NCBI RefSeq assembly: GCF_028368995.1
Contig: NZ_JAQNDL010000001.1
Coordinates: 352,001-416,000, forward strand
Direction of reading: 5' to 3'
Length of the DNA: 64,000 bases
Source of the DNA: Nannocystis bainbridge
GTDB lineage: Bacteria; Myxococcota_A; Polyangia; Nannocystales; Nannocystaceae
Made by a program: the position numbers and the translations under genes. The notes beneath the pieces were generated by a model, which did no database searches, was not told the DNA's origin, and saw only the letters and a list, made by a program, of their open reading frames with translations. Within the stretch, counting starts at the first letter, position 1, and each line of letters starts with the position of its first letter. Below are positions 19,026-29,337 of the stretch, one piece after another.

Positions 19026-19141
19026 TGGAGACTGACCGCGGCACTGGCCGAGGCCTCGCCTCCGCGTCCTGACCGTTCATCCATGCCCTTTGCGGCGCCT
19101 CGCGCGGCCGCCGACCGCGAGCGGACGCCAACGCGCCAGCG

Positions 19142-20320
19142 TCAAAGGAACACCATCAGCGCCTGTTGCAGGAACCCGCGGACCGCCTTGGTGGTCGCCA
19201 CCAGCGGCAAGGCCGGGAGCACGCCGAGGATCACCAGCCCGAGCGCGCCGCGGCGGCCGAGCGGGACCAGCCGGAGGGCGCCCACGACCTGGTGGCTGGC
19301 GGCCAGGTCGGCCAGCGACTGCACGTCGGCGGTGCCGAGCAACGATTCGTCGCTCGGCCGCTCCCCCGCGACCCACTTTTCCTCGAAGCGCTGCGTGTAG
19401 CGGCAGCCCAGCGCGCCGTGCTCGAACAGGCTGCGCGACTTGAGGCGCACGAGCGCGGGCGCGACCGCGAACAGCGGCCCGATCACGATCAGCAGCGTGA
19501 GCACCAGCAGCGCCAGGTAGCTCGAGTGGTAAAGCTCGAGCGTGGCGCCCTCGAACAGGATCCGCGTGGCGATCGTGCCGGACACCGCCGCGCTCGCGGC
19601 GAACACGAGGAACCCGAGCGGCAGCAGACCATCGCCGAGGAACCCGAGCCCGCCGGCGCGATCGGGGTGCGTGGCGGTGAGCCGCAGATCGAGCCGCGCG
19701 ACCCGGCGCAAGAAGCCGCCCCAGACGAACAGCCGGTGGATCCAGCGGTACAGCAGGAAGTGAAACAGCGGCAACGAGACCAGCGCGTACCACTGCCCCG
19801 CCCGCCCGAGCGCGTGCCCCGGTGACGGGGCCTTCCACGTCCCTTCCGGGCCGACGCCGAGGAACACGACGGCGACGGTGGTGAGGTACGCGGCCGCGAG
19901 CACGACGGTGGCCGCGGCCCGCGAGTCCCGGGAGCGCTGCGCCGCGACGAGCAGACCGGCGAACACGGGGCGATCCTCGCTGCGCACGAGGTCGGCGGCG
20001 AGGAACTGCGCGGTGCAGCGGTCGAGCCAGGCGCCGATCGGCAGCTCGGCGAGGAGCAGCACCGGCACCGCGAACAGGCAGCGCACGTGGGCGCCGAGAT
20101 CGTGGAGGAACGGCAAGCGGACACCACCCGTCAGGACGCCCTCCGTGCTGGCGAGCACGAGCAGCGGCAGCCACGCAATCGCGGCCGCGCCCGCGGCCAC
20201 GGCGAACGCGTGGTCGTCCAGCGGCGCGAGCCCGAGCCGGCGCAGCACCCTGTGGCCGGGCCCGCCGTCGACCCAGAACAGCGCCGAGACCTCGCCGGGG
20301 ACCTGCCGCGCTTCCCTCAC
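19142..20320 (-). CDS. Conserved hypothetical membrane protein
   Basis: Multi-TM ORF with GGP..R, LRLTATHPDRAGGLGFL and LLGTADVQSLADL motifs; start uncertain (upstream ORF extension is repeat DNA). Confidence 0.7.
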   Translation of the reverse strand: MREARQVPGEVSALFWVDGGPGHRVLRRLGLAPLDDHAFAVAAGAAAIAWLPLLVLASTEGVLTGGVRLPFLHDLGAHVRCLFAVPVLLLAELPIGAWLDRCTAQFLAADLVRSEDRPVFAGLLVAAQRSRDSRAAATVVLAAAYLTTVAVVFLGVGPEGTWKAPSPGHALGRAGQWYALVSLPLFHFLLYRWIHRLFVWGGFLRRVARLDLRLTATHPDRAGGLGFLGDGLLPLGFLVFAASAAVSGTIATRILFEGATLELYHSSYLALLVLTLLIVIGPLFAVAPALVRLKSRSLFEHGALGCRYTQRFEEKWVAGERPSDESLLGTADVQSLADLAASHQVVGALRLVPLGRRGALGLVILGVLPALPLVATTKAVRGFLQQALMVFL

Positions 20321-20507
20321 CTCGCCACAGCGTGCGCGTCGGGGGCCGCCCCGCGCCACACCGCCATCCCGCGAGCGCCTCGCGGGGTCCCGGCGAGCCG
20401 CGCCTGGATCGCCCCCGAGCGTTCGCGGCCGGCGCCCTATCGTTTCGCAGCGGTCGCCGCCCGCGCCGCGCCCGCCGGTCGCGTCCGTGCCGCGCGTCGG
20501 CCCCCGC

Positions 20508-20745
20508 TCACGCATGCCCCTCGGGACATGTCGCCACGAACCTGCCCTTTCACGTCCGTGCCGCACCAGCTCGCTGGCGCCTGCCCCTCGGGACATGTCC
20601 CGACGAACCTGCCGCACGCACATGCCCTTTCGCGTCCGTGCCGCTCCGCTCGCGCCTGCCCATCGGGACATGTCCCAGCGCACCTGCCCCCACGGACATG
20701 CCCTTGAGAGCATGCCCGATCGGACATGCCCCATCGAACATGCTC
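20508..20745. repeat. Composite repeat ending in a 7-unit 14-bp-phased array
   Basis: Cores at 20655, 20669, 20683, 20697, 20711, 20725, 20739; block TGCCCCTCGGGACATGTC..CGAACCTGCC..CCTTTC.CGTCCGTGCCGC duplicated upstream. Confidence 0.88.
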
Positions 20746-21694
20746 AGTGCAGCAGCGTCGACACCACGCGCGCCCCTGGCCCGACCTGGTCGACCAGCCC
20801 GCTCCCGGGCACCCCGGCGTGCGTGAAGCTCTCCTCGAGGATGCCGAGCAGCGCCTCTGCGCGGCCGCGCGAGCCGGCCAGCGCGAACGTCGTCGGGCCC
20901 GAGCCGCTGATGCTGCAGGCCAGCGCGCCGGCCTCGCAGCAGGCGGCCTTGGCTTCGAGGTAGCCGGGGATGAGGCCGGCGCGGCACGGCTCGACCAACT
21001 CGTCGACGATCGCCTCGCCGAGCAGCGCCAGGTCGCCGACGTGCAGCGCGTGGACCAGCAGCCCGAGGCGGCTCGCCTGCTGCACCGTCGCCTGCAGCGG
21101 CACCTGGGCCGGCAGCACCGCGCGGGCCTCGGCCGTGCTGACCGAGCAGCCCGGGGTGTACACCGCCAGCCACAGGTCCGCGGGGCTCGGCAGCGCAATC
21201 AGGCGCAGCGGGTCGAGCTGCGGGATGAGCACCACGCCGCCGAGGATCGCCGGCGCCACGTTGTCGGGGTGGGCCGCGCCGCAGGCGACGCGCTCGCCCT
21301 CGCGGGCCAGGTCGACCAGCTGCGTCGGCTGCAGCCCGAGCCCGAGGGCCGCGTCGGCCGCCACCAGCGCCGCGCAGGCGCTCGCGCCCGACGATCCGAG
21401 CCCGCTGCCGAGCGGCAGGCCCTTGTGGACCTCGAGCTCGACCCCGGCGTCCGGCGCGTAGCGGCGCAGCAGCTCGGCCACGGCCACGCCCGCGGTGTTC
21501 TTGTCGGCGGTGCGCGGCAGCTTGCCGCCGTCGCCCTCGACCTTGACGATCGTCACGCCCGGCCCCTCGGCCCGGCGCGCGCGCACGCGGTCGCCGGGGC
21601 CGCGCAGGGCCAGGCCGAGGCAGTCGAAGCCGGGTCCGAGGTTCGACACCGTCGCGGGCGCGAACGCCTCGATCCATGGTCGCGGTCGTGACAT
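20744..21694 (-). CDS. thrB: Homoserine kinase
   Basis: APATVSNLGPGFDCLG, KGLPLGSGLGSSGAS, HPDNVAP, ISGSGPT. Confidence 0.95.
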   Translation of the reverse strand: MSRPRPWIEAFAPATVSNLGPGFDCLGLALRGPGDRVRARRAEGPGVTIVKVEGDGGKLPRTADKNTAGVAVAELLRRYAPDAGVELEVHKGLPLGSGLGSSGASACAALVAADAALGLGLQPTQLVDLAREGERVACGAAHPDNVAPAILGGVVLIPQLDPLRLIALPSPADLWLAVYTPGCSVSTAEARAVLPAQVPLQATVQQASRLGLLVHALHVGDLALLGEAIVDELVEPCRAGLIPGYLEAKAACCEAGALACSISGSGPTTFALAGSRGRAEALLGILEESFTHAGVPGSGLVDQVGPGARVVSTLLH

Positions 21695-21791
21695 GGCCAA
21701 AGAGTCAGGCTCAGGATCGGCGCCCAGTCAAGCGAGGTGGTTCAAGCCGAGGGGTGCAAGCGAGGTGGTTCGAGCCGCGCGCCGCGCTGGC

Positions 21792-22727
21792 TCAGCGGCG
21801 CAGCGCGTCGTCGATCCAGCCGACCACGGTGCCGCCGAACATGTACTCGTTGAAGTAGCGGCCGTTGACGAACACCGCCGGGGTGCCGGTGATCTCGAGC
21901 TTCTCGCCGTCGAGGCGGTCGGCCTCGACCAGGTCCTTGCCTTTGAGGGCGGCGAACTCGGTGTCGAACTGCTTCATGTCGAGGCCGATCTTCTGCGCGT
22001 ACTTGCGGATGTCGGCGTCGGACAGGGCCGTCTGGTTCTCGAACACGATGTCGTGCATCTCCCAGAACTTGCCCTGCGACTGGGCCGCGACCGTGGCGAT
22101 CGCGGCGACCTTGGCCCGCGGGTGGGCCGACAGCGGGAAGTGCTTGAACACCAGCTTGGCGCGGCCGCGGAACTGGTCGACCGCCTGGCGCAGCATCGGC
22201 GCCTCGGCGCGGCAGTGCGGGCACTCGAAGTCGGCGAACACCACCACCGTCACCGGCGCCCGCTCGTTGCCGTAGACCGGCCGGCCCTCGATGTCGATCT
22301 TGCGCGGCTGGAGCGCGCCGACGACGTACTCCATGTTGGCCTTGATGTCGCTCGGCGAGGCGCCCGAGGCCAGCGCGTCGGCGATGAACTGCGACACGCT
22401 GAGCGAGTCGCGGCAGGCGGCGTCGTCGCGCAGCGACACGGCCAGGCTGTGCGGCTTGCCGCAGGCCGACGGCTCGCTGTTCAGCAGCTGGAAGAAGCTG
22501 GTCTTCTGCGGCTCGGACAGGCGCGACAGGTCGACGCCCTTGGCCTCGGTGATCTCGCTGACGGGCGGCGGCGCGGCGTCGCTGGGCGGCGCGTCGGCCT
22601 TGGTGGTCGCGGCGACCGGCCCGCCCTTGTTCTCGGGGGTGCCCGCCTCGGGCACCGAGGTGCAGGCCGGGCTACAGGCCGAGAGGATGAAGAGCAGGGG
22701 TGCGAGCGAGCACTTGGAGCGGGTCAT
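21792..22727 (-). CDS. DsbA-like thioredoxin-domain lipoprotein
   Basis: FADFECPHC, FKHFPL..H, GTPAVFVNG; N-terminal lipobox LSAC. Confidence 0.88.
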   Translation of the reverse strand: MTRSKCSLAPLLFILSACSPACTSVPEAGTPENKGGPVAATTKADAPPSDAAPPPVSEITEAKGVDLSRLSEPQKTSFFQLLNSEPSACGKPHSLAVSLRDDAACRDSLSVSQFIADALASGASPSDIKANMEYVVGALQPRKIDIEGRPVYGNERAPVTVVVFADFECPHCRAEAPMLRQAVDQFRGRAKLVFKHFPLSAHPRAKVAAIATVAAQSQGKFWEMHDIVFENQTALSDADIRKYAQKIGLDMKQFDTEFAALKGKDLVEADRLDGEKLEITGTPAVFVNGRYFNEYMFGGTVVGWIDDALRR

Positions 22728-22984
22728 CGCGGACGATCCTGGCGGGCGCAGCCGGCGAGTTCGCCGCAAGGTCGCAGCGTCCGGCAGAATTGATCGCGCA
22801 ACGCTAACGCACGCATCGCGGGCCTGCAAGCGTCCCCGAGCGCCGCGGCCTTTTGTCCGGACATTTCGGACGGCGGCGGATGACCGCGGAGAAAGCTCCA
22901 CGTTCGGGGAAAAACTCACTCGTACGGACGCATTGACACGGTTCTCGGCCCGGGCGATACAGCCTCGCGCAGGAGGAGTCCCTT

Positions 22985-23803
22985 TTGAAAATTTTGGTCT
23001 GTGTCAAGCGGATCCCGGATCCCGACGAGAGCCTGAAATTCGCCGGCGGCGGGCTCGACTACTCTGCCTCGAAGTGGGTCCCGAACGCCTTCGACGAGTA
23101 CGCCATCGAGACCGCCCTCCGTCTCGCCGAAGTCGTCGGCGGCACGCAGCGGCTGGCCGAGGTGATCGTCCTGGGGATCGGCCCCGAGAGCCAGCGGCAG
23201 CAGCTCACGCAGTTCCTCGCCATGGGCGCCGACCGCGGCATCATCGTCGACGCCGACCCGGACAAGCTCGACACCGCCACCGTGTCCAAGCTGATCGCCG
23301 CGGTGTTCAAGAAGGAGGCCTGTGACCTCCTCGTCGCCGGCAAGCTGTCGCAGGACAACGAGGGCGGCCAGGTCCCGCAGCGCGTCGCCGGGCTGCTCGA
23401 TGTCCCGCAGGCCAGCTTCGCCGCGACCATCGAGTGGGACCAGGGCGCCAAGGTGCTGACGGTCGGCCGCGAGGTCGACGACGGCGTCGAGGTCAAGCGC
23501 GTGCCGCTGCCGGCGGTCGTCTCGGTCGACCTCCGCATCGTCCTGCCGAAGAGCGTCAAGAACGGCTCGACCCCGGCGACCCACGCCTACCAGGAGGGCC
23601 CGCGGCTCGCCTCGCTCAAGGGCATCACCATGGCCAAGCGCAAGCCGGTCGCCGTGCTGAAGCCGGCCGACCTCGGCGTCGCCGTCGGCGGCAACGAGCA
23701 GGTCGTCGGCATCGCCGCCCCGCCGGCGCGCAAGGCCGGTCAGAAGGTCAAGACGGTCGAGGAGCTGTTCGAGAAGCTCACGAAGGAAGCGAAGGTCATC
23801 TAA
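22985..23803 (+). CDS. etfB: Electron transfer flavoprotein beta subunit
   Basis: KILVCVKRIPD, NAFDEYAIE.AL, AMGADRGI, REVDDG; GGAGGAG RBS before TTG. Confidence 0.95.
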   Translation: MKILVCVKRIPDPDESLKFAGGGLDYSASKWVPNAFDEYAIETALRLAEVVGGTQRLAEVIVLGIGPESQRQQLTQFLAMGADRGIIVDADPDKLDTATVSKLIAAVFKKEACDLLVAGKLSQDNEGGQVPQRVAGLLDVPQASFAATIEWDQGAKVLTVGREVDDGVEVKRVPLPAVVSVDLRIVLPKSVKNGSTPATHAYQEGPRLASLKGITMAKRKPVAVLKPADLGVAVGGNEQVVGIAAPPARKAGQKVKTVEELFEKLTKEAKVI

Positions 23804-23804
23804 C

Positions 23805-24779
23805 ATGAGCAACGTCCTCGTCATCCTCGAAACCGCCGGCGGACAGATCCGCCCGCACAGCCTGCCCGGCATCACCTGCGCGGCCGAGATCGCCCGCGCC
23901 ACGGGCAAGCCGCTGCACCTGCTGGTGCTCGGCGCCCAGCCCGACGCCGCCGCCCAGGCGATCGCCGCCGCCGGCTACGGCGCGGCCGCCGTCCACACCC
24001 TCGCCGCGCCGGCGCTCGAGCCGTTCACGGCCGAGGCGTGGGCCGACGCCATCGTCCACGCCGCGCGCACGCTCGGCGCCAGCATCATCGGCGGCACCGC
24101 CTCCTCGACGCTGCGCGACGCCCTGCCCCGCGCCGCCGCGATCCTCGACGCGCCGCTCGTCTCCGAGGTCGTCAAGGTCAAGTCGGGTGACACCTTCGTC
24201 CGCCCGATCTCGGCCGGCCGCGCCCTCCAGGACCAGAAGGTCAACGCCGGCACGTTCTTCTTCACCGCCCGCGGCACCGAGTTCGAGCACGCTCAGCCGA
24301 GCGGCGCCGTGCCCGTCCAGGCCGTCGCCCCCGCCGCGGTCAACGCCCGCGGCGCCGTCGTCCAGGGCGTGCAGAAGACCGAGTCGTCGCGCCCGCAGTT
24401 GACCGAGGCCAAGGTCATCGTGTCCGGCGGCCGCGGCATGCGCGAGGGCGCCAACTTCAAGTCCCTCGAGCAGCTCACCGACCTGCTCGGCGGCGCTCTC
24501 GGTGCCAGCCGCGCCGCGACCGACGCCGGCATGGTCCCCGCCGACCTGCAGGTCGGTCAGACCGGCAAGATCGTCGCCCCGGACCTCTACTTCGCAGTGG
24601 CGATCTCCGGCGCGATCCAGCACCTCGCCGGCATGAAGGGCTCGAAGACGATCGTCGCCATCAACAAGGACGCCGAGGCCCCGATCTTCCAGGTCGCCGA
24701 CTACGGCCTGGTCGGCAAGTGGGAAGAGGCGGTCCCGCGGCTCATCGAGCTGATCAAGGCCCGCAAGGGCGCGGCCTGA
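23805..24779 (+). CDS. etfA: Electron transfer flavoprotein alpha subunit
   Basis: [52 protein letters not shown]. Confidence 0.95.
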   Translation: MSNVLVILETAGGQIRPHSLPGITCAAEIARATGKPLHLLVLGAQPDAAAQAIAAAGYGAAAVHTLAAPALEPFTAEAWADAIVHAARTLGASIIGGTASSTLRDALPRAAAILDAPLVSEVVKVKSGDTFVRPISAGRALQDQKVNAGTFFFTARGTEFEHAQPSGAVPVQAVAPAAVNARGAVVQGVQKTESSRPQLTEAKVIVSGGRGMREGANFKSLEQLTDLLGGALGASRAATDAGMVPADLQVGQTGKIVAPDLYFAVAISGAIQHLAGMKGSKTIVAINKDAEAPIFQVADYGLVGKWEEAVPRLIELIKARKGAA

Positions 24780-24925
24780 GCTCGCAGCCTCGCTTCGACC
24801 GGCGCGGCCTCGCTCCTCACCCCTGCGGGTGAGGGCCGAGGCCGCCGGCGTTTCGGCGGCTCGCGGCGCCCCCGGGCGGCCTGCGTCCGGCCAGGACGCG
24901 AAGGGTGTTACGCTCCCGGCCCGCA

Positions 24926-26545
24926 ATGGGCAGCCAGACCGCATCGCGGCGGCAGACCGTGTACGCCCTCGCGATCGCCCTGGTCGCCGGCATCGTCCTG
25001 CTCGTCGTCTCGCAGGTCGCGCTGGCGTGGATGACCGGTGAGCCGCTGCAGCGGACCGCCGCCGTGGTCGCCGGCCTGGTCGCGCTGGTCCAGGTGCTCG
25101 CGGTCTACATGTCCGCGAGGACAGGCCTGGTCGAGACCGCCGGGCGCGACGCCGTGCGGGTGTTCGTCATCGCCCCGCCGGCCGCCCTCGTGGTCGCCGT
25201 CCCGCTGCTGTGGGGCAGCGTCTTGCAGACCACCAGCGTGCCGGCGCTGCTGCCCTCGCTCGGCCCGGTGCTCGCCGCCGTGTGGGGCGTCGCGCTCGCG
25301 CTCGCGCCCGCCTGCATGGCCGCCTACCAGCACCTCGGCGGCGACCCGCGGCCCGCCTCGCGCGACGAGTACCAGACTGCCCTCGCCGCCTGGTGCTCGC
25401 TGTTCGCCAGCGCAGTCAGCTCCGCGGGCGTCCTGGCGACCGGGCGGATCCTCGCCGCCGCCGCCCCCGAGGCCACCTCGCGCGAGCTGTGGCCCGCGCT
25501 CGGCCTCGCCGTCCTCACCGGTCTGTTCGCCCGCGCCGGCGGTCTGTTCGCCCGCGACACCGGCGGCGAGGTCCTCGCGCTCGCGCGCCGGCTCGACCGC
25601 GTCAACATCGACACCGCCGCCGGCAGCCGCCCGCTGGTCATCACCCGCGTCGATCGCCTCGGCGCCCTCCAGGCCGAGCTCGAGCGCCTGCGCCGCGACC
25701 TCGTCGGCGAGCACCGCCTCTACAAGGAGACCCTGCTGCAGACGCGCGAGGCCGCCGAGGCCAAGGCCGAATTTTTGGCCGCCGTCAGCCACGAGCTGCG
25801 GACCCCGCTCAACTCGATCTGCGGCTTCTCGCAGCTGCTGCTCGAGGGCCTCTCGACCCCGCTGTCCGACGAGCAGCGCGAGGACATCCGCCTGATCCGC
25901 ACCAGCGGCATGCAGCTGCTCGGCCTCATCAACGACATCCTCGACATCTCGATGATCGAGTCCGGCGAGCTGCGCCTCTACTTCGCCTCCGAAGATCCCG
26001 CCGACATGATCGACGAGGTCTGGCGCCAGCACCGGCCGCTCGTGCAGGAGACCGGCCTGGAGCTGCGCACCGAGGTCCCCGGCGACCTCCCGCGGGTCGT
26101 GTGCGACCGCCGGCGGATCTGCCAGATCTTGAACAACCTGCTGTCGAACGCCACCAAGTTCACCGAGAAGGGCTCGATCATCATCGCCGCCGCGTTCGAG
26201 CCGCTGCACGGGCGCGTGCTGATCCGCGTCACCGACACCGGCATCGGCATCGCCCCCGAGGACATGGAGAAGATCTTCCAGGAGTACCGCCAGGTCGGCA
26301 ACCTCGCCCAGCGCAAGAAGGGCACCGGCCTCGGCCTGGCGATCGCCCGCAGCATCGCCAACCACCACTCCGGCTCGCTCGAGGTCAGCTCCAGCCCCGG
26401 CCGCGGCTCGACCTTCACCCTCTCGCTGCCGCTGACCCCCCCGCGCAAGCCGACCTCGATCGACATGACCGAGGAGGCCGTGCGCGCCAGCCAGCGGTTC
26501 TGGAACCCGCGCAGCTCGTCGCAGAACGGGGAGGCCGACGCGTGA
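24926..26545 (+). CDS. Membrane sensor histidine kinase (intact HisKA + HATPase)
   Basis: [34 protein letters not shown]. Confidence 0.92.
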   Translation: MGSQTASRRQTVYALAIALVAGIVLLVVSQVALAWMTGEPLQRTAAVVAGLVALVQVLAVYMSARTGLVETAGRDAVRVFVIAPPAALVVAVPLLWGSVLQTTSVPALLPSLGPVLAAVWGVALALAPACMAAYQHLGGDPRPASRDEYQTALAAWCSLFASAVSSAGVLATGRILAAAAPEATSRELWPALGLAVLTGLFARAGGLFARDTGGEVLALARRLDRVNIDTAAGSRPLVITRVDRLGALQAELERLRRDLVGEHRLYKETLLQTREAAEAKAEFLAAVSHELRTPLNSICGFSQLLLEGLSTPLSDEQREDIRLIRTSGMQLLGLINDILDISMIESGELRLYFASEDPADMIDEVWRQHRPLVQETGLELRTEVPGDLPRVVCDRRRICQILNNLLSNATKFTEKGSIIIAAAFEPLHGRVLIRVTDTGIGIAPEDMEKIFQEYRQVGNLAQRKKGTGLGLAIARSIANHHSGSLEVSSSPGRGSTFTLSLPLTPPRKPTSIDMTEEAVRASQRFWNPRSSSQNGEADA

Positions 26546-26629
26546 GTCCGGCCGCGAGGACGGCGCCCCTGCCCCGTGGGGCCCGGCGAGCCGCAACCGG
26601 CCCGGCGCGTCGCGCGGACCTCGCTCGCT

Positions 26630-26736
26630 CGATGTTCCACCTGTCCGAAGAGACATCCACCACGTCGCCCGCGGCGAATCACATGTCCTCCGAGACATGT
26701 CCCTTCTCGCACCTCGACATGTCCGCAAAGACAGCC
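26630..26736. repeat. Degenerate palindrome cluster between the two kinases
   Basis: Cores at 26640, 26654, 26682, 26696, then 26718, 26732. Confidence 0.75.
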
Positions 26737-26750
26737 GCGGAGGCCCGCCC

Positions 26751-28850
26751 GTGACCGACCGCAGCGGCTCCGGCTCGCAGTGGGAGGGCAGCACCGAGGA
26801 CCTCGTCGGGTTCGCCCGCGAGCTCGACAGCCTCGCGCCCGGCTACCCGCGGGCCGGCCAGCCGACGCGGCTGCGAGCCGAGCGCGACGTGCTCGCCGGC
26901 GTCGCCGCGGCCTACACCATCGCCGTCGGCCTCGACCTCGCCTGGTCGCTGATCGTCTGGGACAGCCGCGGCGCCGCCGCTCCGTGGCCGCTGTTCGCCC
27001 TGCTCGTCCCCCACCTCTTCATCCTCACCGCCGCCCTCCTCACCGTCTACGGCGCCCTGCCGGCCGCCCGCTGGCTGCGGCCCGAGGAGCTCGGGCGCCC
27101 GGTCGCGATCAGCGGCGCCTGGCTGGTGCGCGGCTTCGGCTTCCTCGCCGTCCCGCTCTACCCCTTGCTCGACGCCCGCGAGCGCAACGAGCTGCTGCGC
27201 GTCGCCCCGCGCGCCGAGGTCGAACAGGCCGCGCTCGCGCTGCAGCGAGTCCCGCGGATCGTCGCGCGCGCGGTCTTCAGCGGCCTCCTCGTCATCGCCC
27301 TCAGCGACGCGCTGATCGCCCGCAACCCGCTGCAGTGGACCTGGTCGACCACGCTCGCGCACGCCTGCCTGTGGGCCGCGATCGCCGCTCCGCTGGCCGC
27401 CCTCGCCGCCAATTGGGCCCGCCGCTCGGTCCGCGGCGACATCCTCGCCTGCCCGCTGGCCCAGCTGCCGATCGCCGATCGCCCGCCCGCCATGACCCGG
27501 CGCCTGATCGGCTGGGCCGGCCTGTTGCTGCTCGCCGGCGTCACCGCCCCGCTGCTCGGCGCTCACCTGTGGCTGCACGCCCACGCCCGCGCCGACGCCA
27601 TCACCGCCGCCCAGCGCACCGCCGAGGCCCTGATCGAGGTCGCCGGGCCGGCCGACGAGGAGGACCTCGGCCGCCGCCTCGCCCAGGCCCCCGGCGCCAC
27701 CGTCTTCACCGCGCGCGGCGCCGCCTACGGCCCCGACCTGTCCATCAAGCCAGGTGACGACGGCCTCTTCGACGCCGACGGCGACGGCGAGTTCGACCGC
27801 TACGCCGTGCAGCGCGGCGGCGCCCGGGCGATCGTGCGGATGCGCAGCGCCAACGTCACCGACGTCGTCCCGTTCGCCCTCGCCGGCGGCCTCGCCCTGC
27901 TCGCCGGCCTGGTCGCCATCGGCCTGCACGCGCGCCGCAGCGAACGCGACCTCGCCCGCGTGCGCGCCCAGGTCGCCGAGGAGCCGGCCCCCGCACCTCA
28001 GGGCCCCGAGTGGCAGGCGCTCGCGCAGGCGATCGAGGCCCTGGTCGCGCGCATGAACGAGGCCACCATCGCCCGCTTCGTCGCGCTCGAAAAGGCCGAG
28101 GAGACCGACCGCCTGCGCAGCCAGTTCCTCGCCAACATGAGCCACGACCTGCGCTCGCCGCTCAACTCGATCCTCGGCTTCTCCTCGCTGCTCCTGCGCG
28201 GCGTCGACGGCACCCTCGACGGCGAGACCCGCGAGATGGTCGAGACCATCGCCGCCGCCGGCCGCGACCTCCTGCAGCAGATCGACGCCATCCTCGACAT
28301 GGCCCGCATCGAGGCGCGGCGGATCGAGAAGCAGGCCGAGCCCGTGCCGCTGGCCCCGCTGATCTCCAAGGCCGTGCAGCGGGCCCGCAACCGCGGCGGC
28401 GACCACGTCAACTACACCGTCGAGGCCGTGCCCGGCCTGCCGACCGCGTACATCGACCCGCGCCACCTCGTGCAGGCGCTCGAGAACCTGCTGCTGTTCG
28501 CCGGCAAGCGCCTCACCGGCGGCTCGCTCAACATCAAGCTGCGCCGCGGCGACCCCGACGCCCCGCTCGGCCTCCAGCTCCACGTCACCACCCCGCTCAA
28601 GCCCGCCAGCGAGCAGCAGATGGGACTCGCGCGCAAGGGCTTCCACCGCCTCCCCGGCCACCGCGGCCTCGGCCTCGAGCTGCCGATCGCCGACGCCCTG
28701 CTCAAGATCGAGGGCTGCCGCCTCGACGTCCGCGAGGTCGGTCAGGCCATGGTGTTCAAGATCCACCTGCCCGCCGCCGAGGCCCGCAGCCGCGTGCCGC
28801 TGATCGAGCGCGCCCAGCCAGCCGCCGACAGCACCGCCCCGCCGCAGTGA
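26751..28850 (+). CDS. Membrane histidine kinase-like protein with degenerate ATPase domain
   Basis: H-box SHDLRSPL intact; N box NLLLFAGKR, no DxGxG, G2-like GLGLELPIA. Confidence 0.8.
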   Translation: MTDRSGSGSQWEGSTEDLVGFARELDSLAPGYPRAGQPTRLRAERDVLAGVAAAYTIAVGLDLAWSLIVWDSRGAAAPWPLFALLVPHLFILTAALLTVYGALPAARWLRPEELGRPVAISGAWLVRGFGFLAVPLYPLLDARERNELLRVAPRAEVEQAALALQRVPRIVARAVFSGLLVIALSDALIARNPLQWTWSTTLAHACLWAAIAAPLAALAANWARRSVRGDILACPLAQLPIADRPPAMTRRLIGWAGLLLLAGVTAPLLGAHLWLHAHARADAITAAQRTAEALIEVAGPADEEDLGRRLAQAPGATVFTARGAAYGPDLSIKPGDDGLFDADGDGEFDRYAVQRGGARAIVRMRSANVTDVVPFALAGGLALLAGLVAIGLHARRSERDLARVRAQVAEEPAPAPQGPEWQALAQAIEALVARMNEATIARFVALEKAEETDRLRSQFLANMSHDLRSPLNSILGFSSLLLRGVDGTLDGETREMVETIAAAGRDLLQQIDAILDMARIEARRIEKQAEPVPLAPLISKAVQRARNRGGDHVNYTVEAVPGLPTAYIDPRHLVQALENLLLFAGKRLTGGSLNIKLRRGDPDAPLGLQLHVTTPLKPASEQQMGLARKGFHRLPGHRGLGLELPIADALLKIEGCRLDVREVGQAMVFKIHLPAAEARSRVPLIERAQPAADSTAPPQ

Positions 28851-29089
28851 CATGTCCCAGCGCGCGCAACGGTCTCCGCTGCACGGCGGAGCCCACCGCG
28901 GCGAAGAGAACGGTCCCCACGCCCGCGACGGAGTGCACCGGCCCGGCGGAGCCCACCGCGGGCACGTCGGAGCCCACCGCGAGCACGACGGTGCTCTCCG
29001 AGGGCCCGTTCGCGTCACCGACTGCCTGCCGCAGCCGGGCACTCGCCCGCACGCCCTCTCACGAGCTGCCGCGGCTCGACACTGAGCCT

Positions 29090-29168
29090 TTGGAAATGCT
29101 CTAAAGGACATGTCCAAAAGATAATGTTCATTTCGACATGCCCTTCACGACATGCCCCAAGGGCCATC
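29090..29168. repeat. 14-bp-phased palindrome array
   Basis: Cores at 29095, 29109, 29123, 29137, 29151, 29165. Confidence 0.85.
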
Positions 29169-29337
29169 TCATTCCGTCCGCGCCGCGCGCCGCGCGGACG
29201 GCCGTCCGTCTCGGACACATCTCCGCGCGCCCGCGCGCACGCTCGCGCGATCACGCGCCGGAAATCGGCGCAGGCTTGCGCGTTGAGCCGCGCAGCGGCC
29301 CGCCTCTATACTGACCGGCGCTGTCTCGGCGAGGCCC

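Noticed and set aside
14717-19072. Very long ORFs such as 14717-19072 (+), 12856-15615 (+) and 38290-41811 (+)
   Set aside because: Arg/Pro/Ala-rich shadow frames overlapping well-supported genes; expected in very high GC DNA.
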